DNA from: Dehalococcoidia bacterium
GTDB lineage: Bacteria; Chloroflexota; Dehalococcoidia; Lucifugimonadales; VXLM01
Assembly: GCA_963662435.1 (NCBI GenBank)
Contig: OY759598.1
Span: 1,458,507 to 1,522,506, forward strand
Reading direction: 5' to 3'
Length of the DNA stretch: 64,000 bases
In this document: piece after piece, positions 30,833 through 41,601 of the stretch
Position numbering within the stretch: the stretch's first letter is position 1
How the letters are laid out: the number at the start of each line of letters is the position of its first letter
Program-made: the position numbers and the translations under genes
Notes under the pieces: generated by a model
What the model was told of the DNA's origin: nothing
Seen by the model: the letters and a program-made list of their open reading frames with translations, nothing else
Databases searched by the model: none

Positions 30833-32485
30833 TCACGAACCCCCACCAGCCACAGCACTGGAACCTTCCTGCGCACCAGGACCATCCGCCTCCACCGTAA
30901 CCTCCCCAACCGCTTCGCCTCCCCGGATACGAACCATCAACTTATCCCCATCGTCCCAGGGCCGCGACGCCACATCCCAGGTATAAACGATATTCGGCCA
31001 TTCAACAAAGGAAACAGCATCCGCCGCGTCGAATGACACCGTCACTCCGCCGTCCATACCGATGAAGTCCAACACCTCCGCCGTAAGCCTGATATGCGGA
31101 CCGACCGTCACCCTCACCGCCCCATCCTCCCACCTGATACTCTCAATCCTGCCCGTGTAGCCCGGCCAATCCCAGTACGACCCACCTACCAGACCGCCAT
31201 TCGTCGCGTCAGCACCGACAGCCCCACCGACAGCCACCGGATCGAAGAGCAGCTCGTGCCTAGTCCCATCCGGCGGAGTCACCGTCACCGTCCACTCAGA
31301 CGTAAACGTTGACCCGCAATAGGATAGACCCACCGGAACGTAATTCTGCTCGAAAACATACTCCCCCGCGGCAAGCGGCCGCGCCGCGTCCACATGGACG
31401 ACGAACAGCATTCTGGGACTGCCATCATCCGGCGGAGAACTAAACTCGTCTCCCTCACGGACCACGAAATATTCTGAATCCTCCCCACCTAGCGTAACCT
31501 TCGTTCTCATACCGTCCGACAAGGCCACTCCGATCCCACCATCCGAGTGAATCACCGTCCCACCGGCCTTTCCTGAACCCAACGACAACGACCTATGCTT
31601 TATGTACTGTGATCCACCCTCCCTACCAAAGTATGCATCCATCCGCTTCTGCTCATACGTCCCCAACACACACCACCAATAACTATCCGTACCATCTCCC
31701 CCTGCAAGTTCAGCATTCAACGCCGCGATGTTCGCCTTCAGCTCCCCAAGAGTAATCGTATCGGGCATAGTCTGGCCCCCTCGATAATGCAGATTAGCTC
31801 CAATAGGCGCCATCAGAAAGACCTGCCCGTCCCCGCTTGCACTAGACCTCGTATCCGCAGGCAACCACAACCTGTTCCCAGGACTATCCAAGCTATACAT
31901 GTCCTTCCTCGGCCTCTCCTCGTATGCCTCGTCTCCAAAGTAGTGAGTACCCACCGGAGCCTCTTCGAAATACTCCACGAATCTCGACTTCTCACCATCC
32001 TTCAGGAAGAATATCGCCTCACGGTCGTCCCACTCCGTATTTCGACGAGCTTCAACCGCCACTACATCAGCCCTGGCTTCCTCCTCCGAATCGTACTCGC
32101 CCGTCATCTCCAGAACCGCCCTTATAGTCGCCGGCCCACTACCCACCAAGTATTCACTCACAGCCAGCTCGAACGTCTGGAAGATGTAGTACCACTCCTC
32201 CCACCTACCCTCACCCTGCACCACGTCCAAGCTGTTCGAGACCAGACGCGCCCTCACGATCGTTCCAGCTTCCAGAATCCGCTCCTCAATCGTAGTCTCA
32301 CCCCACCAGAAAAAAGGCCAACCCTCGTTGCCATCATCCTCCCAAACAGTATCTTCAACTTCCGTACTCTCACCACCCAACCACCCACAGCCCACCAGGA
32401 ACGGCAACATAGTCGCGAAAATGACAATCCGAATCATCCTCTTCCTCCTAACTCCTAGGGCCGCTTCGTTTACGCAATCCGTCAC
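30833..32485 (-). CDS. lipoprotein; stand-alone paralog of the N-terminal domain of 13140-16436
   Basis: LVGC lipobox; shared motifs EERI..TIV.A.L, VSEYL.GSG, WDDR.AIFFLKD, GGDG, FDPV.VG.AV.ADATNG, PW.DGDKLMVRIR. Confidence 0.85.
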   Translation of the reverse strand: MTDCVNEAALGVRRKRMIRIVIFATMLPFLVGCGWLGGESTEVEDTVWEDDGNEGWPFFWWGETTIEERILEAGTIVRARLVSNSLDVVQGEGRWEEWYYIFQTFELAVSEYLVGSGPATIRAVLEMTGEYDSEEEARADVVAVEARRNTEWDDREAIFFLKDGEKSRFVEYFEEAPVGTHYFGDEAYEERPRKDMYSLDSPGNRLWLPADTRSSASGDGQVFLMAPIGANLHYRGGQTMPDTITLGELKANIAALNAELAGGDGTDSYWWCVLGTYEQKRMDAYFGREGGSQYIKHRSLSLGSGKAGGTVIHSDGGIGVALSDGMRTKVTLGGEDSEYFVVREGDEFSSPPDDGSPRMLFVVHVDAARPLAAGEYVFEQNYVPVGLSYCGSTFTSEWTVTVTPPDGTRHELLFDPVAVGGAVGADATNGGLVGGSYWDWPGYTGRIESIRWEDGAVRVTVGPHIRLTAEVLDFIGMDGGVTVSFDAADAVSFVEWPNIVYTWDVASRPWDDGDKLMVRIRGGEAVGEVTVEADGPGAQEGSSAVAGGGS

Positions 32486-33640
32486 CGCTCGTGCTTCACG
32501 CCCATGTCGATGGTGGCGCCCTCATAAGCCCTCTCGGCGAGTGCCTCAACCAGCCGAGCGTCTATTCGCCGCGCTATTGCGACGACTCCATCCACGGCAG
32601 GCGGACGCCTGTCGGCATATTCAGGGCCGTAGCTCGATTCACTGACCACGACGATTAAAGCCCCCCGCCGCAGCAGGGAAATGGTCTCCCCTCCTATAGG
32701 AACAGCATCGAGCTCGTTCTCTCGTATCCAACGATCGCCGTCCACGTCGGCATCCCCAAGCTGGATGTGCAAGGCCATGAAACGATGCCCAATCTCAGGC
32801 AGTTGTGAAGCCTTGCTCTGCCCCAGTACGTCGAAGTTCCCTTCTACCAAGTGCCTCATCCTGTCGTAGGAAACGTCCAGAATCGCGCTGGACACGTTGC
32901 CGTAGAGGACGGTCAAGCAGTAGACGTACTTATCGGCATCATCGTCCTTGACCCATTGGGATTTCGCGAATGCGTACAGTCCCCATCCGTTTACGTCGTA
33001 CTTTGCGAACGGCGAGAAATCCGTGCGCGTGTACGTCCCGCCCAGGCTTTGGGAAAGGTCCTCCTGAGTGCAATGGCCCTCGGCAAGCAACGTCGTCGCG
33101 TCATCTGCGCCAGGCGTCGGCGTAGCCGTCGGAACCGGCGGCCCCGACCCTCCGCACGTGGGCAGATTTAGGCTCGCCGCGTCGTTGTCGCTCACCTGCG
33201 CGAAGTTGTACGGAACGCACCCGCTCAAGCTGTTGCCGGCGAGCCGCCATTTGGTCATAGAGGTCAGGTTGTTCAGCGACGCGGGTATCGTACCCGTCAG
33301 GCTGTTGAAACTAAGGTCGAGCGTCTTCAAAGCGGACAGATTGCCGATACCGATAGGGAGGATGCCGTCAAGGTTTTGGTTGGGCAGTGACAACTCGGTC
33401 ACCCGGCCTTCCTGAATCTTTATGCCGTCCCACTTGTCAAGCGAACGACCCGACCACCAGTTCAACTTTCTGCTGCCCCGGAGGTCGGACTTCATGCCAA
33501 GCAGATACTCGCAGTCTGCCACCAGCGCGGTATTGGACGTGTCCGCTACGGCGGAGCCGCAGTCCACTCGCGGCGCTGAGGTGGTCGACGCGGTAACGGG
33601 CGTCGGCGTCGCAGTAGGCGCCGGCGTAGAGTCGGAAGTC
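32482..33640 (-). CDS. LRR protein with C-terminal 'EGHC' domain; lacks its own in-frame N-terminus
   Basis: ALVADC...LNWW...W N-cap, LRRs, PT linker, EGHCTQED; paralog of 43605-44813. Confidence 0.75.
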
Positions 33641-34795
33641 TGTGCCGTGCTTTCTCAACACCGGCCCGATGTCGTGAGAGAGCGAAATGGAACGCCCGTC
33701 TATCGTCTTCTCTCCTGTTATCCACGGCACCATAACGGTCTCCTCACTTCGCTCACAGAGCTTTGCGTTGTTGTGCAGCGACGACGCCTCATCAGGTGAT
33801 GAGGGTGGAGGCAAGGTCGGATCGACATCGTAAGGAGTGCACCCGGTAAAGTGTGTGACTTCCGCCTCGTTGGTCGGCCAGTAGTATCCCTGCCCCGCCT
33901 GCTCTCTCAGCAGCGCCACTTTATTCCCGGATCTATAACCATAGACCCGAGCGATCTGTCCCCGCGTCAATGCATGAGAGGGAGGGTCGTAGTAAATTTG
34001 CTGGGCGAAGGCATTTGATGGAAACACCTCCTTCGCGGTGCAGCTTACCCGCAGTGTCGTCCCCTCTATCGTCGGTGGTACGCTGCAATCCGCGTAGTCC
34101 CCCTCGAACTGCTGTACGTTCCACATTTGGTGAGTATCCCATGCAACCCCAAGGTTCACCTTCCGATGCCACGGATTCAAGATGTTCCTCTTATGCCCGG
34201 GGCTGTTCATGTATCCGTTCATTATTTGGCGCAGTTCGTTTTGAATGCCGCCCTGTGCACTTATGGAAGCATAGGAGGGCCGTTCTTCGTCCGTAAGGCA
34301 ATAATCAAGTCCCGAAACATTTTCGCCGTTCGACTGGTAGCCTCCGGCGAGGGAGTACCTCATCGGGGGGCCCAGCCCGTCTGTCCCCCAGTGACCCGAA
34401 ACGCAATCTCTTATTGAGTTCTCGGCGTGTATCTGAGCCGCGATGTTGTCCCCCAACGACACTTCCGGAACCCCCGCCTTCTTTCGCTCCGCGTTGATGA
34501 GGCCGAGCATGTACTGCTTCTCGGTCAAGAATCTCACCGACGGCTGATCCGGACTTGTGCTCCTCAGTGAGGAAGCGACGACGGGTCCGGCCCCTTCAGC
34601 CGCGGAGGAGGACTCCCCCATCTCCAAAGGTGTCAAGAGAGGCCCCTGCCCACCGACACGATCGGGAGGAATCGCCGGGTTTTGGAGCGGTATGGGTGTG
34701 CCGGCGTCGGTCTGTCCGCTAACGAAGCGGACGCTCGCGACCGATGCGACAACAAGTACAGCTATTAACGCTGCGAAAAGCGTGACGACTCTCAT
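33641..34795 (-). CDS. secreted CAP-domain protein, joined out of frame to the LRR gene
   Basis: LINAERKKAG...AAQIHAE...ENV...YMNSPGHKRNILNPWH. After VLRKHG the frame reads into a shifted PT-linker. Confidence 0.8.
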
Positions 34796-35090
34796 CAAGG
34801 TGCCCCCTTGCAACAACGATTGGCTTCTCTAGCACAACTCGCCGTTTCCACACCCTGTACCTCAAGAGGGACCCAGACGGCCGCTCCTTGTCGAGAACAC
34901 GGCTATGTCTGGACACAACTCTGTGCTTGATAGCGCGGATAGAATATTACTACAGGTCATATAACGCCCCGACCAGGTAACAATTAGCACGTCAGCGGAT
35001 GTACGCCGCAGGGTCCACCACACCGCTACTCAGTGTTCCAACGGTGCAAAGCCCCAACACCATTCCGCTCAAGGATGGACCGGTGGTAAA

Positions 35091-35642
35091 ATGGATTACG
35101 CCCGACCTCTTCCCCGAAAGAGCAACGGAGGCCTATACAGCGTGCAAACTAAGCTCGCCATGGTAATTCTGGCCTTCGTCGGGATTCTCCCAGCCTCCGT
35201 ATTGGCCTGCAACAATGCAGAACCAGCCCATGTGCTTGCTCGCGCACAGGTCGAACTGGACAGGCATCGTGCTTGGTGGGACCACAGTCGCTCCCCCGCC
35301 TACACGTTCGAGTACAACGTAGTTTGCGAATGCTCGGATCATACCAGCACTACCGTCAAGGTCACCGTCGTGGACGGGGATATCGAATCAGTCGTGAGCG
35401 CAGGATTCGTTGAATCCGCCCGCTACACCAAATCTGGTGGGCCTCCGACAACGCTACCTCGCTACCACACCCTCGACAGCTTGTTCGGCGTGATTCAAGA
35501 CGCCAGCACCGGCGAGGCCAATCAACTTAGCGTGAGTTACCACAGTGAGTTTGGGTACCCAACGCAAGTCGAGATTGACTACACAGTCAACGCGACAGAC
35601 GACGAGTATTCCCTCACTACCACCGCTTACTCGCCTCGCTGA
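35091..35642 (+). CDS. DUF6174-like lipoprotein
   Basis: VLAC lipobox; YTFEYNVVCEC...VTVVDG...TLDSLF...YHSEFGYPTQVEID...DDE pattern. Confidence 0.75.
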   Translation: MDYARPLPRKSNGGLYSVQTKLAMVILAFVGILPASVLACNNAEPAHVLARAQVELDRHRAWWDHSRSPAYTFEYNVVCECSDHTSTTVKVTVVDGDIESVVSAGFVESARYTKSGGPPTTLPRYHTLDSLFGVIQDASTGEANQLSVSYHSEFGYPTQVEIDYTVNATDDEYSLTTTAYSPR

Positions 35643-36258
35643 ACAGGCTCGCACGAGCCTGACGGCGCCCACAATCCGGAGCACTCGAAACCAACGAGGA
35701 CCTCAGCAACCCCCGCGACGTCGACCAGGTCGAGGCCCTCACGGTTCTACACAAAACTGCCCTCGACAGGCCAAATCGAAGCTGCGGTCGACGCAATTTG
35801 ACAATAAAACAGACCTAGAAGGCCCATAGAGGCCCTTCAATCTTTCCAGAGGTATCCAGAAACACTAGGCACGCTCAAAGAACGTCTCTACCAAGCAGCG
35901 CGACACAACAGCGGCGCAATACCGACGTCGCCGACGTCCACTACAACAACAGGCAACAATCAGCACGTCGGCACATTTGGTGTCTCCCAGCGTCCAAACG
36001 CACCTTTCAAAATAATCTCGCTCCATTGTCTTCGCGATACTCCATGCTCAGCGAGCACCTCATCGCCGTAGTGCGCCATCAACTGCTTTGACAGCGATGC
36101 ATACATTACTACATCCATATTCCAACTATCCGATGCGCAACCGCCAGACCGCCTTAGCGCCTCTATGTCTCCACGGTCTTCCGCAACTGCCATCTCGTAG
36201 TAGAGTTGCTTTTCCCTATTGACGCCAGCATTGACGCCAGCACTGCTGTTAGTTCTAG

Positions 36259-37452
36259 GGAACCTCTGAACAAGTCTATGTTCTAAGGCATAGTATCATG
36301 GGGGTCATCACGATAGCCGAGGAGAGATTCGATGGACCAGCCAACCTTCGCCGACTTGGAATACGAGGGCAAGAAGCGAAAGACTCGCAGGGAGAAGTTT
36401 CTTGAACGCATGGACGGTCTGATCCCTTGGGAAGAGTTGGAAGAGCGCATCCGACCGTTCTACCCCAAGGCTGGCCGTGGTCGGCGCCCCTATGAGTTGT
36501 CGACGATGCTTCGGATACATTGCGTGCAGTTGTTCTATAACCTGAGCGACCCCGGGATAGAAGACATGCTTTACGAGGTCGAGTCGGTGAGACGCTTCGT
36601 AGGTCTGAGGCTATCTGGGCCGTTGCCGGACGAGACGACGATCCTGAACTTCCGCCATCTGTTGGACAAGCACGAGTTGGGCACGGGCCTGATGGAGGAG
36701 ATAAACCGTCATCTGGAGTCTCAGGGACTTCGTCTACAGGAGGGGACTATAGTGGACGCGAGCATCATCGCCGCGCCGTCGTCGACGAAGAATCGGAGTA
36801 AGGAGCGCGACCCTGAGATGCGCCAGACCAAGAAGGGTAACGAGTGGCACTTCGGTATGAAGTTGCATATCGGAGTGGACTCTGAGACGGGAGTGGTGCA
36901 TAGCGTGTCCACAACGCCGGCGAACGTGCATGACGTGACTGAAACGCCTCGGTTACTGCACGGTGGGGAGACACAAGTGTGGGGTGATGCGGGGTATCAG
37001 GGGGTGGACAAGAGGCCTGAGAATCGAGACTTGGAGGTGGAGTGGCAGGTGGCGATGAGGCCTGGTCAGCGTCGAAAACTGAAGGTTGGGAGCGATGATG
37101 CGGCGAGGGAGAAGCGCAAGGCATCAGTAAGGGCGAAGGTGGAGCATCCGTTCCTGTACGTCAAGAGGCGCTTTGGCTACACGAAGGTCCGCTACCGAGG
37201 GCTGGCCAAGAACACGCAGCGGCTGGCATTGCTGCTGGGGTTCGCCAACCTGATGAGAGCCGAGCGATACTTGGCAGTGTGAGTGACCTTGTATACGTGG
37301 GCCCAATCAGGGCTGACAGGGACGAAGATGTCCCGCCAGAGGCAAAAGCAGGACGAAATAACCCCACCTAAGCTCCAAGTAAAGGCTCAACATCTCCGAA
37401 AACGCCTACAATCAACTCAGCCCAACTCCACAGCTGGTTGTTCAGAGGTTCC
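36259..37452 (+). mobile_element. IS5-family element, intact
   Basis: IRs GGAACCTCTGAACAA and TTGTTCAGAGGTTCC; CTAG target duplication. Confidence 0.96.
36332..37282 (+). CDS. IS5-family transposase
   Basis: PDETTILNFRHLL, VDASII, WHFGMKLHIGVD, GDAGY, RAKVEHPF, RYRGL. Confidence 0.96.
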   Translation: MDQPTFADLEYEGKKRKTRREKFLERMDGLIPWEELEERIRPFYPKAGRGRRPYELSTMLRIHCVQLFYNLSDPGIEDMLYEVESVRRFVGLRLSGPLPDETTILNFRHLLDKHELGTGLMEEINRHLESQGLRLQEGTIVDASIIAAPSSTKNRSKERDPEMRQTKKGNEWHFGMKLHIGVDSETGVVHSVSTTPANVHDVTETPRLLHGGETQVWGDAGYQGVDKRPENRDLEVEWQVAMRPGQRRKLKVGSDDAAREKRKASVRAKVEHPFLYVKRRFGYTKVRYRGLAKNTQRLALLLGFANLMRAERYLAV

Positions 37453-37671
37453 CTAGCACTTTGGCGCTCTTCGGCTGTTCCCCACACAGGCTGTCTCGAC
37501 CCCTCACTGATGTCGGTGCTAGCACTGTCATTCTGTCCGTCACCGCTCAACAGGATTAGCCCCACCATGAAGCCAAGTGCAATAGCGCCAATTCCAGCCA
37601 TGGCGAAGACTTTTCGCCTTTGCCGATATTTGTCGAATGCCTGCCATGCTACGTCCATGTCCGTATTCCTA

Positions 37672-38760
37672 CTAGTGTCCTGAATCGTAAGTTCGTGTGC
37701 AATATTTCACCAGTGAGGCTAGGATTTCGTCAGCTGTTTTGGTCCATCGGAAAGGCTGGGGATCGGCGCAGGTAGACTCGATGTACTGAAGGATCGCTTC
37801 CTCAAGCTCTCGTGTGCTGCGGTGGACACCCCGTCTGAGTTGCTTTTCCGTCAGCGTGGCGAACCAGCGCTCCACAAGATTGAGCCATGATGAACTGGTG
37901 GGAGTGAAGTGGAGATGATAACGGGGCCGCTTCAGCAGCCATCGTTGGATAAGCGCGGTCTTGTGGGTTGAGGAGTTATCCAGGATGATGTGCACATCCA
38001 GGTCTGGGGGTACCGAGTCATCGATCTTGTCGAGGAACTTGCGGAACTCTACCGAACGATGGCGCCGTTGGCAGGAGCCGATCACCCTGCCGGTAGCTAC
38101 GTCAAGGGCAGCGAACAGGTCGGTGGTTCCGTGACGAGAGTAGTCGTGAGTACGTCTTTCGACTTGGCCCGGACGCATGGGCAACAAAGGCGCGGTACGG
38201 TCCAGCGCTTGGATACCCGATTTTTCGTCTACACACAGTATGAGAGCCTTGTCCGGCGGGTTGAGGTACAGCCCTACGATGTCTCGAACCTTTTCGATGA
38301 AAAGAGGATCGGTGGACAGTTTGAAGGTCTCTGTGCGATGAGGTTGAAGAGCGAAGGCTCGCCAGATACGGCTTATGGCGCTCTGGCTCATGCCGGTGCG
38401 TCTGGCCATCGAACGAGTGCTCCAGTGAGTAGCGTCGTCAGGTGTCGTCTCCAGTGTCAGAGTGACGACTCTCTCCACGTCGGTGTCGGTGATCTTGCGG
38501 GGCGCACCAGGCCGCGGCTCGTCAAACAGCCCGTCCAAGCGTCTTTCGAGAAATCGACGACGCCACTTCCCCACGGTCTGGGGAGAGAGCCCCTCTTGGG
38601 CACTCACTGCCTTGTTGGACTTACCTTCGGCGCAGCCAAGTACCAAACGAGCACGCTGGCCCAGCGCTTGCGTTGTCTTCCGACGTGCGACCAATCGCTC
38701 CAGGGTTTCTCGCTCCTGTGTGCTGATTTCCAACGGCTCCAACGGTCTACCACGGGGCAT
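37672..38760 (-). CDS. IS630-family transposase
   Basis: N-terminal HTH, CVDEK, HDYSRHGT, ILDN, SWLNLVERWF. Confidence 0.95.
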   Translation of the reverse strand: MPRGRPLEPLEISTQERETLERLVARRKTTQALGQRARLVLGCAEGKSNKAVSAQEGLSPQTVGKWRRRFLERRLDGLFDEPRPGAPRKITDTDVERVVTLTLETTPDDATHWSTRSMARRTGMSQSAISRIWRAFALQPHRTETFKLSTDPLFIEKVRDIVGLYLNPPDKALILCVDEKSGIQALDRTAPLLPMRPGQVERRTHDYSRHGTTDLFAALDVATGRVIGSCQRRHRSVEFRKFLDKIDDSVPPDLDVHIILDNSSTHKTALIQRWLLKRPRYHLHFTPTSSSWLNLVERWFATLTEKQLRRGVHRSTRELEEAILQYIESTCADPQPFRWTKTADEILASLVKYCTRTYDSGH

Positions 38761-38829
38761 GACTTCCTCCCACAACAAAGTCAACTCATGCCCACCATTA
38801 TACCGCCTACTTACGATTCAGGACACTAG
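37672..38829 (-). mobile_element. IS630-family element
   Basis: Perfect inverted ends CTAGTGTCCTGAATCGTAAGT and ACTTACGATTCAGGACACTAG. Confidence 0.93.
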
Positions 38830-39182
38830 TTGGTATTCTCATATACGATCTTCGTCCAACTCTCAGCATTATCGTTCTCTTCCCACGAACCTGGCTTCAC
38901 GATCCAGTAAAGCTTCGCAGTAGACATATCACACGAACTCTCGAACAACATCCCTTCATCCAATAACCTGTCGGGTACCCGTTTGATTCTGTCATTTTGG
39001 TTTAAATACCAAACAGCGTCTGAAGGAAGACGATCTCCATAGAATCGGATGCTCCGAGTACATTCCTCACCACTCCAGACCTTTCTTTCTATAAAGATTG
39101 TCTCTCCCTCATTGAAGTGGAACACGGCTACATTCACGAACATAGCCAACGACGCCAACATTGCGGCGAATAATTCAGTCAC
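38826..39182 (-). CDS. hypothetical protein
   Basis: 118-aa ORF with a hydrophobic N-terminus; its stop is the IS630 target site. Confidence 0.5.
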   Translation of the reverse strand: MTELFAAMLASLAMFVNVAVFHFNEGETIFIERKVWSGEECTRSIRFYGDRLPSDAVWYLNQNDRIKRVPDRLLDEGMLFESSCDMSTAKLYWIVKPGSWEENDNAESWTKIVYENTN

Positions 39183-39344
39183 ATTTACCTACTTTCACCC
39201 GGCCTTCCACCTTAAGCTCCCCACTGCACCACCGTACTTACCTCAACGGACAACACCACTCCGGAGCATTGCGAATCGCACCAACAAGAACGATTGCGAC
39301 CGCCCCAATTACGGTGACTATCCATCGAATGCCTTGCACTTGAT

Positions 39345-39863
39345 TTAGTCTTTATCTGGCCAAAACGTAATTCTTGTTGTATCCCCGCCGTGTTCATGTT
39401 GAACCGTCATATTGCCGAAGCGTCGGATGTCTATGCCTCTGCCCGTCCCCGCGTCCACAAGCCACTCTGTAAAGTCGTCTATCGTGTTTGGCATCAATAT
39501 CGAAGCTAAAACGAATATGTACTCAGCCTGCAGTTCTGCGTCATAACGCCACCCTGCCAAGTTATTGAACGCCAACTCGACGCTATCCCAAGCCACACCT
39601 TTTTTCGGCGATTGTCCCTTTATCAACAAGATTGTTCCACGGGCAGGCGAAAAGCCCTTCAGGACATCGTCCGCATAGCGAAACTCCAACACGTGAAGTT
39701 CGAACCCTCGCGACTCGAACTCACCTTGGATGTCTTCAACAGTGGCGCGACTCTCGGAACAGCCGAGCACGGCAAACAAGGTTACGACGACGACAGCAGC
39801 CCAGAAGACCCATAATAACACCCGTCTCATTTCATATGTCATACCGACTTCGATCAGCCCCAC
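39345..39863 (-). CDS. putative lipoprotein
   Basis: VLGC lipobox. Confidence 0.65.
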   Translation of the reverse strand: MGLIEVGMTYEMRRVLLWVFWAAVVVVTLFAVLGCSESRATVEDIQGEFESRGFELHVLEFRYADDVLKGFSPARGTILLIKGQSPKKGVAWDSVELAFNNLAGWRYDAELQAEYIFVLASILMPNTIDDFTEWLVDAGTGRGIDIRRFGNMTVQHEHGGDTTRITFWPDKD

Positions 39864-39873
39864 GATCAGCCGG

Positions 39874-40104
39874 TCAGCTTTCTTTCTCCGGCGGCAGCCT
39901 CACCTCGAAGTCGACCCGCAGTCCATCGCCTACGTAGCGTTCCAGACTCTCACGCCCCTGGCTTGGCAAGTCATCAACCAAAGGAAGCAAGGATTCAGAC
40001 CTAATAGTCACGGACCCCCTCACGGTGTGTCCTTTCTGCTTCAGAACTTCAATAGTTGCAGACACAGCAGTTGCTACAACACGATCTTTGATGTAGCCGA
40101 TCAT
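39874..40104 (-). CDS. small hypothetical protein
   Basis: GGAAGG RBS; co-oriented with its neighbours. Confidence 0.5.
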   Translation of the reverse strand: MIGYIKDRVVATAVSATIEVLKQKGHTVRGSVTIRSESLLPLVDDLPSQGRESLERYVGDGLRVDFEVRLPPEKES

Positions 40105-40516
40105 AGAATCTTCCTTCCTACTGGTTTAGCCACGCCCTGGTGGACGACCTCGAGGAGCTGGCCGACGGCCTAGTCGACGACTTCACCCTCGACAGACTAC
40201 AAGCATTCGTCGACAATGCGCTCGCAACCAGGATCACGTCTTAGGAGCTCCCACGATCATCAAGGCAATCATGCAGGTCCTCGTAGCCTTAACAGCCGTC
40301 GCAGCGCTCATCTACGTCATACACATTCTCTTCAAAAGATAGACCGCAGGAGCAAGCGAGACACGCCGGAATCGAATCGAGCAAGATAACGTAAATTGGA
40401 GGACACCCCTCGCATGTCCGAAAGGGATGCCCCCCACCAAGAAGAAGGAGAAGGAGGAAGGCGAGTGCCCGTAACCAAACCCCCGCTCAGCAGTCACATT
40501 AGCACACAGAAATATT

Positions 40517-40632
40517 CGCGTCTACAAGACCTCTCAAGAGCCAGCACCACCTAGCACTTCAAAGCCCTAATAGACGAACTGAGAGTTACCGGCCGCCCTG
40601 GTAAACGACGTGCAGGAGATCGAGCAGCTGAG
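40517..40632 (+). repeat. 116-bp direct repeat, copy 1
   Basis: Matches 41164-41279 with about 5 mismatches. Confidence 0.93.
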
Positions 40633-40685
40633 GACCGACGCCCACGTCGAGCACCTCCACCAGGACTAACGACCAAGCGACCAAC

Positions 40686-41144
40686 TCAGCCGTTTGATGA
40701 GTCCGGCAAACCAGCCACCAGCTCAAAATCGTGCTCCTCGAACAAATGCACGTCAACCATTTCCCAAAACGAAGACAAGAAATACGCCTTCACAGTCCAC
40801 CCACAAACACAACGCGCCCTAGAATTCCCATCACTAACCCAAGTCCCATTGCCGTCACGGTATCTCCTCGTGACATCAACCTCATCGAACTCGATTAGCT
40901 CCCAAATCTTTTCATGCCCATCCTCATCAAGCCCACGCAACAATTCACGGCCATATCTCCCAAAACTCCACGTGCAAGCCCCAAAACCCACCATCAACTG
41001 ATCATACTTAGCCTCAAACAACACCCAACCCTCACGACAATCCCACCTAACATAACGCTCCAACGCATACCTATGAAAATCAGACCGCCCCCTAAGCCCC
41101 ACCCTATTCATCCGCTTTATCAACTTGTCAATCTGCTTACTCAT
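40686..41144 (-). CDS. hypothetical protein between the direct repeats
   Basis: 152-aa ORF, GAGGTG RBS, C-terminal CVCGW...H...H. Confidence 0.65.
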   Translation of the reverse strand: MSKQIDKLIKRMNRVGLRGRSDFHRYALERYVRWDCREGWVLFEAKYDQLMVGFGACTWSFGRYGRELLRGLDEDGHEKIWELIEFDEVDVTRRYRDGNGTWVSDGNSRARCVCGWTVKAYFLSSFWEMVDVHLFEEHDFELVAGLPDSSNG

Positions 41145-41163
41145 CCAATCACCTCGAAATACC

Positions 41164-41279
41164 CGCGTCTACAAGACCTCTCAAGAGCCAGCACCACCTA
41201 GCACTTCAAAGCCCTGATAGACGAACTGAGAGTTACCGGACGCCCTGGTGAGCGACGTGCAGGAGATCGAGCAACTGAG
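41164..41279 (+). repeat. 116-bp direct repeat, copy 2
   Basis: Matches 40517-40632. Confidence 0.93.
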
Positions 41280-41391
41280 ACTACACCGAGGCCCTGGCCG
41301 AACCCAGCTGAACGGAATACAGACGCACGACAAATATGAAGCGGTTACCAATCCAGTACTATAACGCAACCAAACACACAAGGAGCTAACT

Positions 41392-41601
41392 GTGAGAGTA
41401 ATAGTTAATGACTACCGGAACCGCAATGCACGAGATGACCTTGATGGCATGATTCACAGACTGGATTGCCGACAAATCCCAAATCCTCCCCGTGACTATT
41501 GGCGCCGCTTCCCATCACTACAGGATGCGGAACAAGAATTCCAAAACCCTGCTTACTGTACGACCTGTCTCCTGAACGTGGGTCGTCATCTAGTCCGTTA
41601 G
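41392..41601 (+). CDS. small H/C-type Zn-binding hypothetical protein
   Basis: AAGGAG RBS; IVN...IHRLDC...WRRF...CTTC. Confidence 0.7.
   Translation: MRVIVNDYRNRNARDDLDGMIHRLDCRQIPNPPRDYWRRFPSLQDAEQEFQNPAYCTTCLLNVGRHLVR

Larger units (their letters stand above)
35960..37658 (-). pseudogene. membrane-anchored hypothetical protein split by IS5
   Basis: Removing IS5 and one CTAG joins ...EERQSAR to TNSSAGVNAGVNREKQLYYEMAVAEDRGD... in frame. Confidence 0.8.

Noticed and set aside
36218..36242. 12-bp tandem duplication ATTGACGCCAGC (and a 9-bp LQA repeat near 56540)
   Set aside because: In-frame slippage duplications with no evidence of a functional repeat system.
25075..41279. Dispersed repeats as a CRISPR array or integron attC sites
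   Set aside because: Spacing is irregular (hundreds to thousands of bp), no cas or integron integrase is present, and the hairpin lacks RYYYAAC...GTTRRRY ends in the right order.
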